From NCBI RefSeq assembly GCF_900107205.1, contig NZ_FNPC01000014.1, forward strand, positions 1 to 40,000: 40,000 nt of DNA, in the 5' to 3' direction. The stretch is from Halopenitus persicus. GTDB lineage: Archaea; Halobacteriota; Halobacteria; Halobacteriales; Haloferacaceae. Under the pieces are notes generated by a model. It saw only the letters and a list, made by a program, of their open reading frames with translations. It was not told the DNA's origin and ran no database searches. Position 1 is the stretch's first letter. Every line of letters begins with the position of its first letter. Both the position numbers and the translations under genes were made by a program. Of the stretch, positions 1 to 9,249 are shown piece after piece.

Positions 1-532
1 CGAATCGGTAGCGTGGTCCGGCCGCCCGCGGATCACTACCATCCTTCCAGCAGTTGTGATCGGCGTTCTCCTCCTCGGCTTTGGGATCGTCGCCAGTGTT
101 ACTGGAGAGACCACACTCTTCCTCGCAGTCGTTCCACTCGGAGTGGCGATCCCGCTCTGGAAGTATTTCGCTCTTCAAGGCGTACAGTACGTTGTAACGG
201 ACGAAGCACTCTACGTGAAACGCGGCGTTTTGACCCGGTCTGTCACACAGGCAAATCTCGAAACCGTCCAGAACAGCTCCTTTGGGCAGGATATCACGGG
301 GTCGATCTTCGGATACGGCTCAGTCACGTTCGAAATCGCTGGTGGGGACGACCTCTCGTTCCGGGCGATCGAAGACCCTCGTGCAATTCGGGCACTTGTC
401 GATCAAACAACATCGAACGACGATGGTCTCGGTGGTGGCGATAGACGAGAATCCGTTATCCCGGGAGATCTGACGAAGTGGCAGCAAATTCGAGACGAGA
501 TACGAGCGATTCGCAGTACTCTCGAAGAATAA
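1..532 (+). CDS. bPH_2/YdbS-like membrane protein (bacterial PH domain), 5'-partial
   Basis: Frame 2 is open from the window edge (ESVAWSGRPRITTILPAVVIGVL...), so the GTG at 56 is probably internal. Two TM helices are followed by YVVTDEALYVKRGVLTRSVTQANLETVQN...GYGSVTFEIAGGDDLSFRAIEDP, typical of DUF304/bPH proteins. Confidence 0.7.
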   Translation, partial: ESVAWSGRPRITTILPAVVIGVLLLGFGIVASVTGETTLFLAVVPLGVAIPLWKYFALQGVQYVVTDEALYVKRGVLTRSVTQANLETVQNSSFGQDITGSIFGYGSVTFEIAGGDDLSFRAIEDPRAIRALVDQTTSNDDGLGGGDRRESVIPGDLTKWQQIRDEIRAIRSTLEE

Positions 533-630
533 TCGTTCGGGAAAAGCCAGAGGGTAGACGGTATACCTTCTCTGCAAATCTCTCAGTACAGTCGAAATAT
601 CTAACACGTTACTTCGAGTGTCACATCGGT

Positions 631-963
631 ATGAACCCATATGTCTTGCTCGGTGCAGCGATCCTCTCCGAAATCGTTGGAACGACATCACTCAAATTGT
701 CCGAAGGATTCTCACAGCCGCTTCCAAGCCTTGTCGTCGTTCTCGGGTACGGGGCCGCGTTCTACCTGCTCTCCGTAACGTTAGAGGAGTTACCAGTCGG
801 CGTCGTATACGGAACGTGGGCCGCCCTCGGAATCGTTGGCGTTGCAGCGATCGGAATCGTCGTATTCGACGAACAGATCGACATTGCCGGCGTTCTCGGA
901 ATTCTTCTCATCATCGCCGGTGTTTACTGTCTCAATGTCCTCTCCGGAATGTCTACACACTAA
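631..963 (+). CDS. SMR-family small multidrug efflux transporter (EmrE/QacE-like)
   Basis: The ATG at 631 gives a 110-aa protein with 4 TM helices. MNPYVLLGAAILSEIVGTTSLKLSEGF carries the conserved membrane Glu, followed by AFYLLSVTLEELPVGVVYGTWAALGIVG. Confidence 0.85.
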   Translation: MNPYVLLGAAILSEIVGTTSLKLSEGFSQPLPSLVVVLGYGAAFYLLSVTLEELPVGVVYGTWAALGIVGVAAIGIVVFDEQIDIAGVLGILLIIAGVYCLNVLSGMSTH

Positions 964-1139
964 GCAGTCTTTATCGAGCAACTGTTTCATTGCAACGTTG
1001 TCTGAAGATCCAACAGAGCCGACGATCCCACGCGATTAGGAAAACGTGACTCCCCAGGGACTCAGTCGAGACAACATCTAACCGTTCAGTACAAACGGTA
1101 CAGAAACCCCTCAATACAGCCGGAAAAGGAATCAGAGGC

Positions 1140-1343
1140 TCACGTAGAAAGGTCTGCGTAGAATTGGGTCAATCCACACTCGGGACAGAGGAATGCGTCA
1201 AGAGAAGTATTATCGCCGATACCGAGTCGCTTGAGAACCCCTTTTTCTCGTTTGGTTTTAACATAGAGATCTCCAACTCCCTCTGCGGTTACAGTCGTCT
1301 CTTCCATCGCAACGTCACAATGGGGACAGTAGTGGTCGCTCAT
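1140..1343 (-). CDS. small zinc-ribbon protein
   Basis: 67 aa with CPHC near the N-terminus and CPEC near the C-terminus; acidic composition. Confidence 0.6.
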   Translation of the reverse strand: MSDHYCPHCDVAMEETTVTAEGVGDLYVKTKREKGVLKRLGIGDNTSLDAFLCPECGLTQFYADLST

Positions 1344-1649
1344 AGGGGGTTCTCACGAGTGATATAGGTATAGTTGTATTCCTATGAACGATGACAATAT
1401 GATACCGTACTCACTTCGCTACCTAGAGAAGGAGGCTTTTTCAATGAAATTTCTGACGAATAATCTGAAAGGAGGAGAGGGATCTGTGTGTACAGCTGTT
1501 GTCTCTCCTCACTCCCCTCAAAAGCACTCACAACAAGCCGTCGTTGGTATCTGATTCTTGGCTATCGAATGTTCATATCGAATCCACATTCCTTGTGAAA
1601 CTGACTTCACAAAATACCTAATAGCATTTCCACGGAAACAGAAATTGTT

Positions 1650-1910
1650 ATGCAAGAAGGTATGCCAGTGATATTCCAAGCAGGAAGTCCGGTGATAACC
1701 GCAGAATCAGCCGAGTTCCTCGCTGGTGGATTGGCAGCACTCGCTGTTGGATTGGCAGCATATGGAGCAGGGATCGCTGAACGAGGAATTGGCGCAGCAG
1801 CAATTGGTGCAATGGCAGAAGACCCCGACACATTCAGTCGAGGACTAATCCTCACAGTCCTTCCTGAGACGTTGGTCATTCTCACATTGGTTACCGTGTT
1901 TGTTGTATAG
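1650..1910 (+). CDS. atpK: A-type ATP synthase subunit K (proteolipid c-subunit) paralogue
   Basis: 86 aa, two TM helices. GLAALAVGLAAYGAGIAERGIGAAAIGAMAEDPDTFSRGLILTVLPETLVILTLVTVF is the proteolipid hairpin with the conserved Glu in the PET motif. No other atp genes are nearby. Confidence 0.75.
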   Translation: MQEGMPVIFQAGSPVITAESAEFLAGGLAALAVGLAAYGAGIAERGIGAAAIGAMAEDPDTFSRGLILTVLPETLVILTLVTVFVV

Positions 1911-1963
1911 GGGAAACTACAGATGATCGTGTGAGACGTTTGAACAGATGGTGTCGATGTCTT

Positions 1964-2827
1964 TTAGCAGCTAGCGTCAACCGAACAAACGTCGAGAGAT
2001 TCATCAACAACGAGCGTAACTTCATCCCCCTCTGCTTCAATTTCGACTCTTATCCGTAGTGGGTCCTGTGAGATGAGACACGCTGTTGATTCCGGCAGCT
2101 CCCATTCATATTGCTTGACATCGATTCCTACGTACGAAAGCATAGAAATCACCTGGCTGTCAAGTAGAAGGAAAAACAGAATTCGGGATCCAACTATAAA
2201 AGAACACGAATCACACTCAACTACAACCGCAGGTTCGTCGTCTTCCGTAATAGCGTCTTCTTGAACCTCGATCGTAGTTGTCGCCGCACAGAACGGACAC
2301 TGGCCGGACCGAGCTAATTCGAGATGATGTTTACAACGCTTGTGGGCAGCAGAGATGGCTTCGTCGTCAGTCCGATTAATGAATCCGTTTTTTGGAAATG
2401 GATACGAGAAGCCGATCCATCTGTCACAGGATTTGCAGTCAACCGATAGAAATCCCCGTTGATAAGTTCCGACTAGCGAAGCGGTACAACAGGGACATTC
2501 TGAATCGACATCCAACCGTGTTCGATTAGATTCTTGTCGAGGTTTATGCGCGATGACTGCTCGATAGAGTGCGGTCGCTGCGGCGGTTGGGACGTAGCCC
2601 CCGTCAACTTGCTGAACGTACACGCCGCGGAGCTTCCCAAGATGATAGTTGAACTTCCCACTATCCTCTACCTCGGCAGATGCCATTAACTCCGCATACG
2701 GGATTGGCTCAGTATACGCAGCGACCCAATCGTTGAGAAGCGCTCCTAGAATGTTCAGCCGGATCTCATGGCCAAGCAACGCGAACGCCTCTTGCATCGG
2801 TTGCCTCTCTGTGCGGTCATCTCTCAT
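1964..2827 (-). CDS. winged-helix (ArsR-like) transcription regulator with two C-terminal zinc ribbons
   Basis: The N-terminus FALLGHEIRLNILGALL...YAELM...GKFNYHLGKLRGVYV is ArsR-like wHTH. Four CxxC pairs follow (CPCC, CKSC, CPFC, CDSC). The ATG at 2827 is preferred over the TTG at 2851; the start is uncertain. Confidence 0.7.
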   Translation of the reverse strand: MRDDRTERQPMQEAFALLGHEIRLNILGALLNDWVAAYTEPIPYAELMASAEVEDSGKFNYHLGKLRGVYVQQVDGGYVPTAAATALYRAVIAHKPRQESNRTRLDVDSECPCCTASLVGTYQRGFLSVDCKSCDRWIGFSYPFPKNGFINRTDDEAISAAHKRCKHHLELARSGQCPFCAATTTIEVQEDAITEDDEPAVVVECDSCSFIVGSRILFFLLLDSQVISMLSYVGIDVKQYEWELPESTACLISQDPLRIRVEIEAEGDEVTLVVDESLDVCSVDASC

Positions 2828-3110
2828 ATAGCAATCTCTCGGTGAGTCCAAAAAAGTCGTTCTGGTTTGGTGATTCGCCCCATATCTGTGCTGTCTGGCA
2901 GTGTCTCTTGTGAAATAGAGTCCGGAAAACGACTACGTAGGCCACTGTACCATCAATACTCGTTATATCACACAGAAGTAAGTTAGAGGACTACAGATCG
3001 ATCGTTTATTTCCTGTATTCTCTCGGAGCTGCTTTACCAGTCTACTTGAAGCCGCTTGGCTTGACAGCCTATTCATTTCTAACAGACGACGATGCCGAGA
3101 GCACAACTAG

Positions 3111-4250
3111 TTAGACAGATAGATCACCTAAAACGTCTCCTCTGCCTGTGTTCGTAACACGGTCACCAGCCCAGAGATACTTCACACCACTGTCTTGATT
3201 CACCGATTGATAGAAATCATGTTGAACTCGACGGTCGTCATCACGCATCACGATAGCATCTTGAAACTGAGGGACGAGACCCGCAGCGCTCCAGAAGTTC
3301 GGGTGATCCTGGAGTTGATAGTGGAGGTGTGGTTCACCGGAATGCCCCGAGTTACCACATTCGCCTATCACCTCCCCACGATCGACGTGGTCGCCAGGGG
3401 AGACTGTGACACTTCCCTTCCGGAGATGAGCCAGAAGGCTGTACTCACCATCGGCGTGCTTGATCACGACGTGATTGCCGCGAATATCCCAGGTTCGCCA
3501 CTCCAGCCAGCCACTCCCTGGATGCGGGTGATCCCGTAGTCGGTCTTTCGTTTTCACGACTGTCCCGGCTGCGGGTGGATGAATCGGCTTGCCGAAGGCG
3601 TAGTACTCCGTAAGATCGGTGCCAGTACCGGTGTGGGTGGAACCGTCCTCGTCGGTAATGACGAAGTCATAGGCGTAGCGTTGCGCGACGATCATCCACG
3701 AGTGCGAGGTTTCCTCAGTAACCCCGCCGTTGATGACCGTCCACTGGCCGTCGTATGGGAGCAACAGCGCAGTTTCGGGGACGTATCGCTCACGATTGGG
3801 GTAGCGCCGCCGGTAGCGTATCATCGGGATTAGTTGGCCACCAAACTGCAGAACCTGTGTGAGGATTCCCCAAGGAGTAACGCTCCACCCAAGTACAGAG
3901 ACGATATAGCGAAGGCGTTCGCTATGGCTGATCTCGTAGACATACCCATGCGCTTCTTTATCAGTCTCTATCGTTTGAAGCACTATCGGCAGAATTCCGG
4001 CCAAGAGGAAGAAGAGAACTGCAAGAGAACTGAATTGCTCGATCTGCATTGCTACTAATCCTAATATCACGAATCCACTGACAATCACCCAGAAATTGAG
4101 AGTGGCAAACCACAGAAATGTACGATGAAGGTACGACCACACTGTCTGTCGCTTCTTTTGTGAACCTGTTGTTTTCGCAGTCCGATCCGTCATAGAGGAT
4201 GGGTACGACCACCACATAATTAGGGATTTTGCGAAACTAAATTCACTCAT
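3111..4250 (-). CDS. membrane-anchored M23 family metallopeptidase
   Basis: N-terminal TM helices. The C-terminal domain has HxxxD (HVVIKHADGEYSLLAHL) and GNSGHSGEPHLHYQL, the M23/LytM zinc signature. The start is uncertain. Confidence 0.8.
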   Translation of the reverse strand: MSEFSFAKSLIMWWSYPSSMTDRTAKTTGSQKKRQTVWSYLHRTFLWFATLNFWVIVSGFVILGLVAMQIEQFSSLAVLFFLLAGILPIVLQTIETDKEAHGYVYEISHSERLRYIVSVLGWSVTPWGILTQVLQFGGQLIPMIRYRRRYPNRERYVPETALLLPYDGQWTVINGGVTEETSHSWMIVAQRYAYDFVITDEDGSTHTGTGTDLTEYYAFGKPIHPPAAGTVVKTKDRLRDHPHPGSGWLEWRTWDIRGNHVVIKHADGEYSLLAHLRKGSVTVSPGDHVDRGEVIGECGNSGHSGEPHLHYQLQDHPNFWSAAGLVPQFQDAIVMRDDDRRVQHDFYQSVNQDSGVKYLWAGDRVTNTGRGDVLGDLSV

Positions 4251-4271
4251 ACCAGACCGGGGCAGACCGTG

Positions 4272-4589
4272 TTACGGTCGAACCATCCCGTCAATCACAT
4301 CAGCCACGAGCCGTATCCCCTCAGTCGTCAGCGTTCCGGATGGGAGATTATCCCGGATCGACGATAACGGGATCGTGTAGATTGCCCACGGCATCATATA
4401 ACTCGTTTTCTGCAGCTCCACGTCTTCAAGCACGTGGCTGGGTAGTTCAGTAACTTCGTAGGAGTACTCTGTTTGTGTGGTCAGGCACACGACGGTTGCT
4501 TCTTGCTCGACGTACGGCCGGTCAGCAGTAGAAATCACGATCACCGACCGTGGGTTGCTGTGCGCGCCGGTCGGATCAGATGCGAACAC
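4272..4589 (-). CDS. PemK/MazF-like toxin candidate
   Basis: SDP...RSVIVIS...ATVVCLTTQ...SYMMPWAIYTIPLSSI...GTL follows the pattern of haloarchaeal PemK-like proteins. It lies directly downstream of a wHTH gene. Only a GTG start is available, and the N-terminus may be truncated. Confidence 0.5.
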   Translation of the reverse strand: MFASDPTGAHSNPRSVIVISTADRPYVEQEATVVCLTTQTEYSYEVTELPSHVLEDVELQKTSYMMPWAIYTIPLSSIRDNLPSGTLTTEGIRLVADVIDGMVRP

Positions 4590-4631
4590 GAGACTGCCTT
4601 GCAGGTAGTAATATGTTATCTCGGAGTTACC

Positions 4632-5099
4632 CTACTGCTCCTCGCGCCCGTCACTGTCTGTGCCCGCGTCTGCCACCCAGTCGCTGGGTGATGGCTCCTC
4701 ACTAGGTGCGTGGCGTTCGGTTCCCCGATCGCGCGGGAGTTCTGTCTTCGCACCACTCCCGGTTTGTTCAACGTCACCCGGGGTGAGACCCGGATCGGGG
4801 TACCGAGTGAACATATCGTCGAGTTGAACAAGGCTTCGTGCGAATCGGCGAAGGTCGTCGCGGTGCTCGAATCCGTGGTACAGGCCGTCGCTGGTTTTCC
4901 CGATCAGCCCGTCGTCGCGTAGGCGAGACAGCGTCGTCGACGGAGTGCCGCGCGGCAAGTCGAGTGCTTCTTGAATCTCTGCCGGTGTGTACGCGAGATT
5001 CGTGTCTCGGTACAGGAGCTTGATGATCGCGGCTTTGTTCGTTCCGGGGCGGATGTCGATCCCGTCGTCCGGATTGTGTTCACGAAGATCGATAGGCAT
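4632..5099 (-). CDS. MarR-like winged-helix protein (possible antitoxin/regulator)
   Basis: NKAAIIKLLYRD..YTPAEIQEALDLPRGTPSTTLSRLRDDGLIGK is a wHTH. An acidic, disordered C-terminal tail follows. Confidence 0.7.
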   Translation of the reverse strand: MPIDLREHNPDDGIDIRPGTNKAAIIKLLYRDTNLAYTPAEIQEALDLPRGTPSTTLSRLRDDGLIGKTSDGLYHGFEHRDDLRRFARSLVQLDDMFTRYPDPGLTPGDVEQTGSGAKTELPRDRGTERHAPSEEPSPSDWVADAGTDSDGREEQ

Positions 5100-5165
5100 A
5101 ATACATTCCGTATGCGTTTGTATGCGGTTGTAGCATATAACTCCCGTGGTCGCCCTGACCCCGAG

Positions 5166-5483
5166 TCACGAATCACTACTGACCTGTATCGCTGTCTCAA
5201 CGAGATTTGGATTCTCCGGTAGGTTGTACCGATCGATAACCCGTAGAACATCAATATCACCAGTAATCGTGCTTCCTTCGAGGGATTCAGCGTCGCTGTA
5301 GTGGTGTTCAATGTGGAGTGCGACAAGATTGTAGATACAGTGCAATAACCAGTCAGGATTCTCCGTGTCGGCGTCTCCAGCGTGCACGTCGTCGTGACAG
5401 TCCCGACACAGGTAACACCCCTGTTCATTCTCACCGTACCGCCAGTGATGGAAATCCAACCCAGTCTGCTCACTCCCGCACAA
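5166..5483 (-). CDS. small HNH-type nuclease-like protein
   Basis: C-x...HHWRY...CYLCRDCHDDVH resembles the HNH beta-beta-alpha metal finger. Confidence 0.55.
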   Translation of the reverse strand: MCGSEQTGLDFHHWRYGENEQGCYLCRDCHDDVHAGDADTENPDWLLHCIYNLVALHIEHHYSDAESLEGSTITGDIDVLRVIDRYNLPENPNLVETAIQVSSDS

Positions 5484-5518
5484 CGGGCACGCACCTGGGC
5501 GCTCATTATACTCCGTGC

Positions 5519-5719
5519 TTACGTATCGTTTTGGAAGGCACCTACCACCCTGTCACCGACGAGACCGTAGACGAGTCCGAAGATACCGAGGTACAATCCT
5601 GCGTAGATAGCCACACGATCACCCAGTATATCGGGAGCCAATACTGTGAATCCCCCATAGAGTGCAAGCAGGATTGCGAACAGTTCAATGAGGAGGGCTT
5701 TTTGAACGGACATCTTCAT
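5519..5719 (-). CDS. small two-TM membrane protein
   Basis: 66 aa with two hydrophobic helices (LLIELFAILLALYGGFTVLA and IYAGLYLGIFGLVYGLVG). Confidence 0.45.
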   Translation of the reverse strand: MKMSVQKALLIELFAILLALYGGFTVLAPDILGDRVAIYAGLYLGIFGLVYGLVGDRVVGAFQNDT

Positions 5720-5805
5720 TGAATCGTCTTCGTGACCACAACAAGACTTTGATGTCTGGCTAGCCTGTACTGAGCGATTGGGGGAGTATTGAATCTAACA
5801 ACTAT

Positions 5806-5824
5806 TGAGGGTTTCAATAAACCC
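5806..5824 (+). repeat. 19-nt intergenic repeat, copy A (15/19 to copy D)
   Basis: tgagggtttcaataaaccc, about 40 nt upstream of padR. Confidence 0.5.
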
Positions 5825-5865
5825 AGATCAGTAGTATTTCAAAACCCGGATTCGTAATTTGTGAT

Positions 5866-6147
5866 ATGTATGACCTCACTGGCTTTCAGCGAGACCTGCT
5901 GTACGTAATTGCCGGCCTTGATGACCCACACGGGCTTGCGATCAAAGACGAACTTGAGGACTACTACGAAAAAGAGATCCATCATGGTCGGCTCTATCCG
6001 AATCTCGACACGCTTGTTGAGAAGGGACTTGTCGAAAAAAGTCAGCGCGATCGACGAACCAACGAGTACACCACTACTCGCCGGGGCACCAGAGAGATTG
6101 AAGCACGAGCCGAATGGGAAGCCGAGTATATTGACCACGACGACTGA
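5866..6147 (+). CDS. PadR family transcriptional regulator
   Basis: LTGFQRDLLYVIAGLDDPHGLAIKDELEDYY...HGRLYPNLDTLVEKGLVEK...DRRTNEYTTTRRG is the canonical PadR wHTH. Confidence 0.85.
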   Translation: MYDLTGFQRDLLYVIAGLDDPHGLAIKDELEDYYEKEIHHGRLYPNLDTLVEKGLVEKSQRDRRTNEYTTTRRGTREIEARAEWEAEYIDHDD

Positions 6148-6278
6148 CAGAACTGCCCCACTCGGACAGTCCGATCCCGAAAATTCACAGAAATCTCGCG
6201 TAATCTCCACTCAGAAACCCAAATCCTCAAAGTCAACGACTTCGTCAACGAGTACGCACAATAGATTACAAATGTAAT

Positions 6279-6297
6279 GGCTTTGTTGAGATCCTCA
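6279..6297 (-). repeat. 19-nt intergenic repeat, copy B (17/19 to copy E, inverted relative to A/C/D)
   Basis: ggctttgttgagatcctca. Confidence 0.6.
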
Positions 6298-6393
6298 ACA
6301 GAAGACATATTCTGACCCGGCTGCGGTCAATACAGAAGAACAGTGAACCGCACAGTACAGGGTATTATGTATATTCGACAAGGTTGTGAGACT

Positions 6394-6813
6394 ATGTCTG
6401 CCCCAGCGAGCTGGAACGCTTCCGGTCTTTTTGAGAGGAAAGGCGAGGGGCGTCCTCCAATAGATATTCTCGCGCTTGTGGCTGGATTAGTGGTCTTCGC
6501 AGTCGTTTCGTTTTGGATGGCGTTTCTGGCTCAGTTATCAGGGCCGGTCGTTGAAGATGGAATCAACCCCCAAACGGTTGCCAGCTTGCAATGGGGTGCT
6601 GTCGGAGTTGTACTCGGTGTTTTAGCAGTCTTCGTGTATCAACGGAGACCTATCGGCTGGTACGGGACGCTCGCAGCCGCGATGGTCGGGATAATTCAGG
6701 CTGTGAGGGTGGGTATGATATCTGACCTACTCCTACTTGGAGCAGTGTACGGGGCACTCCCGTTGGTAGCATCTGCTCTTTTACTACGCCATCGTGAGAG
6801 ATTTCTCGGGTAG
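6394..6813 (+). CDS. hypothetical integral membrane protein
   Basis: The ATG at 6394 gives four predicted TM helices. No recognisable family. Confidence 0.5.
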   Translation: MSAPASWNASGLFERKGEGRPPIDILALVAGLVVFAVVSFWMAFLAQLSGPVVEDGINPQTVASLQWGAVGVVLGVLAVFVYQRRPIGWYGTLAAAMVGIIQAVRVGMISDLLLLGAVYGALPLVASALLLRHRERFLG

Positions 6814-6856
6814 TAGGTTCGTACTCTTCAGCAACCAGCTATTTCGGACGATAATG

Positions 6857-6875
6857 TGTTTGAAGAATAAGATTT
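6857..6875 (+). repeat. 19-nt intergenic repeat, copy C (15/19 to copy D), next to the transposase remnant
   Basis: ataagatttcaacaaagcc, 45 nt beyond the stop codon of the transposase fragment. Confidence 0.55.
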
Positions 6876-6920
6876 CAACAAAGCCGTTTTGGTGAATCCG
6901 AGGACGGCGTCGAGATCACT

Positions 6921-7115
6921 GTTTGAGAGCCTGTTCGAGGTTGTAGACTGCGGCGGTCAACACGAGTTCGCGGAACTCGCGGTACCTCACTGAGGGTCGA
7001 CAGTGAGCCCGAATCGGCACTTGATGATCAGTAAAACAGTCTCGACCATCCAGCACTGGCCGTATCACTCGCTGTCCGACCGTGTGTCGTGCTCCTTCGG
7101 TTCCGTTGGTTACGG
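6921..7115 (-). pseudogene. C-terminal remnant of an IS transposase (DDE, IS5/ISH-like tail)
   Basis: My minus-strand translation reads ...GARHTVGQRVIRPVLDGRDCFTDHQVPIRAHCRPSVRYREFRELVLTAAVYNLEQALKQ*. The FRELvL.aAVyNLeqa ending is typical of haloarchaeal IS transposase C-termini. No N-terminal part is present, and the fragment abuts the RHH gene. A 19-nt repeat copy lies 45 nt beyond the stop. Confidence 0.55.
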
Positions 7116-7304
7116 CTAGTGAGCTTCAGTTTCGTCTATCTCAACCCGTCCGTGTCGTTCATCGATCTCATCGAGTATATCGAGTGTTTTCCGGATCGAT
7201 GCCCGAATTGCATCGCTTCGATTGACGAACTTTCCCCCGTCACCGACGTGCTCGTCAAGGTCATCAAGCAATTCCCGTGGAATCTCGACGCTGACCTTCG
7301 GCAT
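7116..7304 (-). CDS. ribbon-helix-helix (CopG family) DNA-binding protein
   Basis: From the ATG at 7304: MPKVSVEIPRELLDDLDEHVGDGGKFVNRSDAIRASIRKTL, a classic RHH N-terminal strand plus two helices. Confidence 0.75.
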   Translation of the reverse strand: MPKVSVEIPRELLDDLDEHVGDGGKFVNRSDAIRASIRKTLDILDEIDERHGRVEIDETEAH

Positions 7305-7631
7305 ACACTCGTATTCGCAGAGGAATATCTTCATAGTGTCGCCCAGCACACCGGACTCGCTGGCAGTTCTTTCTACTACACGGGAGAGCCCTGGCGTGGG
7401 TAGTACGGGTCTGTGGAAACCCATAGTAACGACACAGGTTGACCTCTCCGAGATCAACACGAGAGACACGCGTACCAGTCAGCCCGCTGAATCACCCTCA
7501 TCCGAAGAACGCCGTGCGAGATACAGAGGCTGTGTTCGGGAATGGACAAGGGTCGTAGGTCCGGATCACTGGACAAGCCTCACCGCAACTGAGTAGGAAC
7601 TTTGAGGTGAATAAGAGGAGAGTGGAGAGCT

Positions 7632-7916
7632 ATGAGTCCTACCGTCCAGGAACACCGAAACGCGATTCGAGTAGCGACAGGGCGCTTCGAACGGGAGGTT
7701 GAGGCGTCGTTCACGAAGGAGGAACTGCAAGCGATTTGTGAAGCACTGGGAGTCGATATCGGCGAGGCGGGGCGACCGTCAACATCGCAGATGCGTCGAC
7801 TCATCCGGGCGCACGTCGGCATCGCAGAGTCGCCGGAGGCGACCGACGACTCCACCTTCCGGAAGGCCGATCTCCAAGCGATTGCTGACGGAGTCGGGGC
7901 ATCGTTCGAGTCGTAG
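7632..7916 (+). CDS. hypothetical small acidic protein with an internal duplication
   Basis: 94 aa. The motif F-x-K-x-[ED]-L-Q-A-I-x-x-x-x-G-[VA] occurs twice (FTKEELQAICEALGV and FRKADLQAIADGVGA). Confidence 0.5.
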   Translation: MSPTVQEHRNAIRVATGRFEREVEASFTKEELQAICEALGVDIGEAGRPSTSQMRRLIRAHVGIAESPEATDDSTFRKADLQAIADGVGASFES

Positions 7917-8208
7917 TCACCAATTGGCCAATCAAGCTGGTTACTGTAGTTCCCGACCTGACTCCTCGAATGAGGTTGCCTTCTCCTGACCGACTCGCGC
8001 CCTATATTCAGCATAGAATCAACAAACCCTCAGACAGCTGTCAGTAGCGAACTGACCGAGACAGAGGCTGAGTACAGCAGATACTGATAGACCATTTCAT
8101 AGCCGTTACTGGATCTATTGCTCAGTGAACCTGCACACGTTTCAGCTAGATTGGTGGACACTGTAACAATATCTTTAAGAAACTGAATTTAGGTATGGTG
8201 AAAAAGCG

Positions 8209-8997
8209 ATGCCCCCGGAATCACAGCTCTCCAATCCAACAGTTCACACTGTCCAGTCGTCTGATGGAACGAGTATAGCATACGAGAGTGAAGGGAACGG
8301 CCAGCCGTTGATTCTCCTCCACGGCGGATCTGGGACTCGACGGGCGTGGGACACTCTCCGGCCGCATCTTGTCGACGAATTTAGTTTGTACGTCCCGGAT
8401 CGGAGGGGACGAGGTGACAGCAGTGACGGTGACAATTATAGCCTTGCCCGCGAAGCAGCTGACCTCCGAGCGCTCGTTGACGCTGTCAGCGGAACTCCAG
8501 TTGTATTTGGACACTCGTTCGGTGGACTCGTTGCTCTCACAGCCGCACCCGAGATCGCCATCGACCGTCTCGTACTGTATGAACCACCCGTATTGGTGGA
8601 CGAACACAGCGATGACGATTTAGCTGCTCGAATGGAAGCTCGTCTTGAAGCCGGTCAGCGACAGGCCGCAATGCGACTGTTCATTGAGGAGAATGGATCG
8701 GTTTCTGATGTTTCCCAGTTGCCCTGGTGGCCCGAAGAGGCAAATCTCCACCTCGCTGAGACCGTGATCCGGGAGAACTACGAGGTCGAAGCGTTTGGCA
8801 TATCCGATATGCCAGACATAGATGTTCCAGCAGTACTCCTGACTGGTGAGCAGAGTCCGGATCATCTCCGTGCCGGTGTCACTGCTTTGGACGATCATCT
8901 CGATAGGAGCCACCTCATCGAAATGGAGAATGTAGGGCACGTCGCCACGGAAACAGCCCCGGAGAAACTCGCCTCTATCATCAAATCACGGACATAG
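8209..8997 (+). CDS. alpha/beta-fold hydrolase
   Basis: Oxyanion-hole motif LILLHGG, nucleophile elbow GHSFGG, and a C-terminal GH (ENVGHV) catalytic His region. Confidence 0.85.
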   Translation: MPPESQLSNPTVHTVQSSDGTSIAYESEGNGQPLILLHGGSGTRRAWDTLRPHLVDEFSLYVPDRRGRGDSSDGDNYSLAREAADLRALVDAVSGTPVVFGHSFGGLVALTAAPEIAIDRLVLYEPPVLVDEHSDDDLAARMEARLEAGQRQAAMRLFIEENGSVSDVSQLPWWPEEANLHLAETVIRENYEVEAFGISDMPDIDVPAVLLTGEQSPDHLRAGVTALDDHLDRSHLIEMENVGHVATETAPEKLASIIKSRT

Positions 8998-9157
8998 GCG
9001 CTTTCTACGGACACAGGACTGTATTGAACATTTGTTGTGCGTCTCTTGGATGACATTGGTTTTCGGAGATGGCGTTCAGAGAACAGAGATTATTTGCTTT
9101 CTGTAGTGAGCGACTGATTTGATTCAAACTCGCCAACTCGATAGTGCGACATACGCG

Positions 9158-9214
9158 CTCTGTATTCAGCATACCTCCGAGAACATATCACTAATTGAGG
9201 ATTTCAACAGAGCC
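9158..9214 (+). repeat. inverted-repeat arm D (outer 14-nt arm plus inner perfect 19-mer)
   Basis: ctctgtattcagca...tgaggatttcaacagagcc. The inner 19-mer (9196-9214) is the exact reverse complement of 15532-15550. The outer arm matches 15570-15583 at 12 of 14 positions. Confidence 0.75.
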
Positions 9215-9249
9215 GACGAATTCTAACCCATTCAGCAGGGGCGAGGACG

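Noticed and set aside
4904-5506. 200-aa minus-strand ORF spanning the wHTH and HNH genes
   Set aside because: It overlaps two better-supported genes in other frames. It is basic and Thr/Arg-rich with no motif.
8180-8192. 13-mer aaactgaatttag shared between 8180-8192 and 15886-15898, both upstream of ORFs
   Set aside because: Several 13-mer coincidences are expected by chance in 40 kb (about n^2/2/4^13, roughly ten). There is no extended similarity around them.
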